Positions 33,015 through 34,614 of a stretch of 34,614 nucleotides of DNA are shown here, piece by piece. The DNA is taken from positions 1 to 34,614 of the IMG/VR virus record IMGVR_UViG_3300033067_000815; one strand, written 5' to 3'. The translations under genes were made by a program, and so were the position numbers. The notes under the pieces are model-generated. The model was not told the origin of the DNA. It did not search any database and saw only the letters and a program-made list of their open reading frames with translations. Each line of letters begins with the position of its first letter. Position 1 is the stretch's first letter. Source of the DNA: a virus (taxonomy: Duplodnaviria > Caudoviricetes).

Positions 33015-33127
33015 TTCGCACCGCCGATCAGCTTAGTGAATCCGCGCCACACAGGGCAATCGCTCAGGCTGTGGCCGAAGCCGCCGCACCTGTAGCAGCA
33101 GTCTCTCGGGTCTTTGCTTTCGTTCAT
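33011..33127 (-). CDS. 38-aa CCHC zinc-knuckle peptide
   Basis: AAGGAG RBS; CYRCGGFGHSLSDC = CX2CX4HX4C; not in ORF track. Confidence 0.7.
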   Translation of the reverse strand: MNESKDPRDCCYRCGGFGHSLSDCPVWRGFTKLIGGAK

Positions 33128-33137
33128 GGCTCACTCC

Positions 33138-33818
33138 TTAAACGTAGTTCTCAGCCTCGATTCGAGTTATGAAAAAGTGGATGCCGTTTGAGCATTCATC
33201 CATCCAGTTGTCATCAAAACTGTCTGGAATCACCCGCTGGCCTACGGCATAAACCGTTTTTTCGTCGTGCTGGCTGATTCCGACTTCTGCGCCGAATACC
33301 TCAAGCACATCGGCAAATTCAGCGCGGCATTTGCGCCCGAATGCGTGTGATCGCTTGGCCTCTTCTGGTATGCGCAGCTTCACGATTACATCGTTCATGC
33401 ATTTCTTCCATCCGATCAAAGCGCCTTCGCCGAGGATGCGAGTTCGGGCGATAGCCAGGTCTGCGTTTTTTGAGCCGCTCAGGTTGGAGCCGCGCAGGTC
33501 GGAGTAGCTCAGGTTGGAGCCGCGCAGGTTGGAGCCGCTCAGGTTGGAGCCGCGCAGGTCGGAGTAGCTCAGGTTGGAGCCGCTCAGGTTGGAGCCGCGC
33601 AGGTTGGAGCCGCTCAGGTCGGAGCCGCTCAGGTCGGAGCCGCTCAGGTCGGAGCCGCTCAGGTCGGAGCCGCTCAGGTCGGAGCCGCTCAGGTTGGAGC
33701 CGCTCCTAGTCGCGGCCTCCAGCGTCTCCCGCATCGTCATGCCAGATGCGCCCGTGTACAGCACCGCCCCAGTCCAGCGGTGTTTGATCTCTATCGGCGC
33801 TGACTTGATATCACTCAT
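33138..33818 (-). CDS. Pentapeptide-repeat protein with DUF5758-like C-terminal domain
   Basis: IEIKHRWTG.VL, 15 x [S/R][G/Y]S[N/D]L, GWKK...KCRA...D.FD.....ECS.GIHFF.T..EA. Confidence 0.9.
   Translation of the reverse strand: MSDIKSAPIEIKHRWTGAVLYTGASGMTMRETLEAATRSGSNLSGSDLSGSDLSGSDLSGSDLSGSDLSGSNLRGSNLSGSNLSYSDLRGSNLSGSNLRGSNLSYSDLRGSNLSGSKNADLAIARTRILGEGALIGWKKCMNDVIVKLRIPEEAKRSHAFGRKCRAEFADVLEVFGAEVGISQHDEKTVYAVGQRVIPDSFDDNWMDECSNGIHFFITRIEAENYV
33471..33705. repeat. 15-bp tandem repeat (coding pentapeptides)
   Basis: ggagccgctcaggt(t/c) units. Confidence 0.95.
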
Positions 33819-33932
33819 ATCACTCCTTGTTAATCCGCCAATCCAGCATCGGCCCATCGGACCTCAAACCCCCGTCTGCATCGTTTCGGTTAGCCCCGGA
33901 TCGCTCGGCTGGGTTTTGCGCTGTTGGAGTGA

Positions 33933-33961
33933 ATTAAACACCATGTTTAGTAAGTTGTCAA
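33933..33961 (-). promoter_or_regulatory. Early leftward promoter (pL-like)
   Basis: TTGACA-N17-TTTAAT on minus strand. Confidence 0.85.
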
Positions 33962-33974
33962 ACGCTATGTTTAG
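33935..33974. promoter_or_regulatory. Two repressor operators (OL-like)
   Basis: TAAACACCATGTTTAG (33935-33950) and CAAACGCTATGTTTAG (33959-33974), quasi-palindromic, overlapping the promoter. Confidence 0.75.
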
Positions 33975-34003
33975 TTTCCGCGTAAAATCTTTTCGTGCAG
34001 ACG

Positions 34004-34028
34004 AAAAAAAGCCCGCGTGGTGCGGGCT
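34004..34028 (-). terminator. Intrinsic terminator upstream of pL
   Basis: AGCCCGC-acca-c-GCGGGCT-TTTTTT on minus strand. Confidence 0.8.
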
Positions 34029-34083
34029 GTGGTGTGGAAACTGAGAATGTGAGGCGGGCGAGCAAACGCCCACCCGCCGCACA

Positions 34084-34182
34084 CTACACCAGAAGCGAAA
34101 GAATCATGATGACGATGCTGGCCGGAACCGACACCATCACCTTGAGGCTCTTCCCTATCTGGACTGCTATTTGCACTTTCAT
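34084..34182 (-). CDS. 32-aa hydrophobic peptide, type I toxin-like
   Basis: GGAG RBS; MKVQIAVQIGKSLKVMVSVPASIVIMILSLLV; GC hairpin after stop. Confidence 0.55.
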   Translation of the reverse strand: MKVQIAVQIGKSLKVMVSVPASIVIMILSLLV

Positions 34183-34423
34183 GGATGACTCCATTTGGGT
34201 GCAGTCGCAGCAGCGCTGCGCGACCGCCGTGTCATGGTGGCCGTGCTTTGGTGGCTACTCTAGACGCTTTTGGTACGCGTGCGCGAACACAGGGCCTTGG
34301 CGTTTTGATTGACCACCTAACGGCGTGCTTGCCAGCGCGCCGGGGAATAGTTGGGGGCGAGTCTCGCTGTTCGCGCGGCGTGTTATTCGCCCCCAATTCC
34401 TCCCGAAAAAGATAAATGCTTCT

Positions 34424-34614
34424 TCATCTCATATCCCCCAAATGGGGGATGCCATTCCTTACACGAAACTGATAGATTTGCGCAGTCTGGCCTAATTGCG
34501 ACTCCGTTTTTCCTCTGCAAATGCTTGAGGCTCCAAAGATGGCTTCGAGCATGGCGCGGCTTCCGGGTTTTGATGGGTCTTTTGCCATGTCGAATAAGGC
34601 ACCTGCAACGCCAT
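34424..34614 (-). CDS. 3' end of a leftward gene (repressor position), partial; frame uncertain
   Basis: Open frame GVAGALFDMAKDPS...*; only synteny suggests cI-like. Confidence 0.3.
   Translation of the reverse strand, partial: GVAGALFDMAKDPSKPGSRAMLEAIFGASSICRGKTESQLGQTAQIYQFRVRNGIPHLGDMR

Larger units (their letters stand above)
1..34614. mobile_element. Temperate tailed phage genome segment (lambdoid gene order, P22-like podoviral morphogenesis module)
   Basis: Gene order nin-Q-terminase-portal-scaffold-capsid-adaptor-nozzle-ejection-fibre-lysis-att-int-xis-exo-bet-pL; no host housekeeping genes. Confidence 0.97.

Noticed and set aside
33830-33925. nut/put antitermination element in the pL leader
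   Set aside because: GC-rich and possibly structured, but no boxA/boxB or convincing stems could be fixed
33470-34044. CRISPR array, or the + strand ORFs 33470-33709 and 33574-34044
   Set aside because: 15-bp tandem units without spacers encoding pentapeptide repeats on the minus strand; the + strand ORFs are shadows

Overview
About 34.6 kb of a lambdoid/P22-like temperate phage genome, probably podoviral since no tape-measure or tail-tube gene is seen. The spanins indicate a Gram-negative host; a betaproteobacterial host is my inference. The + strand carries nin-region genes, a Q-like antiterminator with late promoter and terminator, terminases, portal, scaffold, major capsid, adaptor and nozzle, an ejection-protein cluster containing an ADP-ribosyltransferase-like gene, tail-fibre/Kelch genes and a lysis cassette. 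A ~550 bp non-coding interval follows, holding two divergent candidate ncRNAs and an att site matching the 5' half of a tRNA-Arg-like gene. The leftward early arm then contains a C-terminally truncated integrase, xis-like, exo/bet, many small genes and a pL-like promoter with operators. The most striking element is at 28.27-29.76 kb: three canonical integron attC sites plus an attI-like end site. They define three cassettes whose ends match as in genuinely excisable cassettes, yet every cassette ORF is a phage-type gene antisense to the attC polarity, and no IntI lies in the window. A second similar attI-like junction sits at 216-251 in the rightward early arm. All family assignments are from motif recognition by eye; no searches were run.
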